A stretch of 63,866 bases of DNA, the filler included, from Chiloscyllium plagiosum (Eukaryota), in NCBI RefSeq assembly GCF_004010195.1. It is 3 parts of one record of this genome, joined end to end, with 100 filler letters (N's around TTAATTAATTAA, not from the genome) between each part and the next. Parts side by side here need not be neighbours in the genome. Positions count along the whole stretch, not along the records: positions 56,285 to 63,866 come from NC_057711.1; 2 more parts are not named here. One strand, written 5' to 3'. Below are positions 63,810 to 63,866 of this stretch, piece after piece. How positions within the stretch are numbered: position 1 is the first letter of the stretch; every line of letters begins with the position of its first letter. The notes under the pieces were generated by a model. It had not been told where the DNA came from. It ran no database searches and saw only the letters and a list, made by a program, of their open reading frames with translations. The position numbers and the translations under genes are program-made.

Positions 63810-63866
63810 GATTCTCCTGTTCCCTGGATGCTGCCTGACCTGCTGCGCTTTTCCAGCAACACATTT

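Larger units (their letters stand above)
63277..63866. mobile_element. Large fold-back PLE derivative (285-bp inverted arms), running off the window end
   Basis: Arm 63282-63566, 15-nt G-rich spacer, arm 63582-63866. Arms are nearly identical to 19360-19650. Confidence 0.9.

Noticed and set aside
63419..63838. Mirror ORFs with identical N-termini on both strands
   Set aside because: A trivial consequence of the palindrome.

Overview
This is vertebrate genomic DNA, most likely from a shark (inferred from HE1-type SINEs with (TAATC)n tails, CR1/HER1 LINEs, a SacSINE1/Deu-domain SINE and Penelope-derived repeats). It consists of three contigs joined by two identical artificial 100-nt spacers (44 N + TTAATTAATTAA + 44 N) at 27519-27618 and 56185-56284. 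Contig 1 carries three minus-strand coding exons of an FCHO2-like F-BAR gene (105, 99 and 97 nt) and a full-length but decayed 5.75-kb L1-clade LINE with a 12-bp target-site duplication (TSD). Contig 2 carries the promoter and exons 1-2 of MAP1B on the minus strand. Contig 3 shows no recognisable exon. Most remaining sequence is decayed retroelement, and nearly all listed six-frame ORFs are TE fragments or noise. The most striking signal is about 10 Penelope-like-element (PLE) derivatives. Most are fold-back palindromes with 10-16 bp TSDs, and many carry a minimal hammerhead-ribozyme core (CUGA[U/A]GA-A-stem II-GAAA-CGUC/GCUH). One retains the C-terminal half of a GIY-YIG endonuclease. Boundaries of old repeats are approximate, and all family assignments come from pattern recognition, not database searches.
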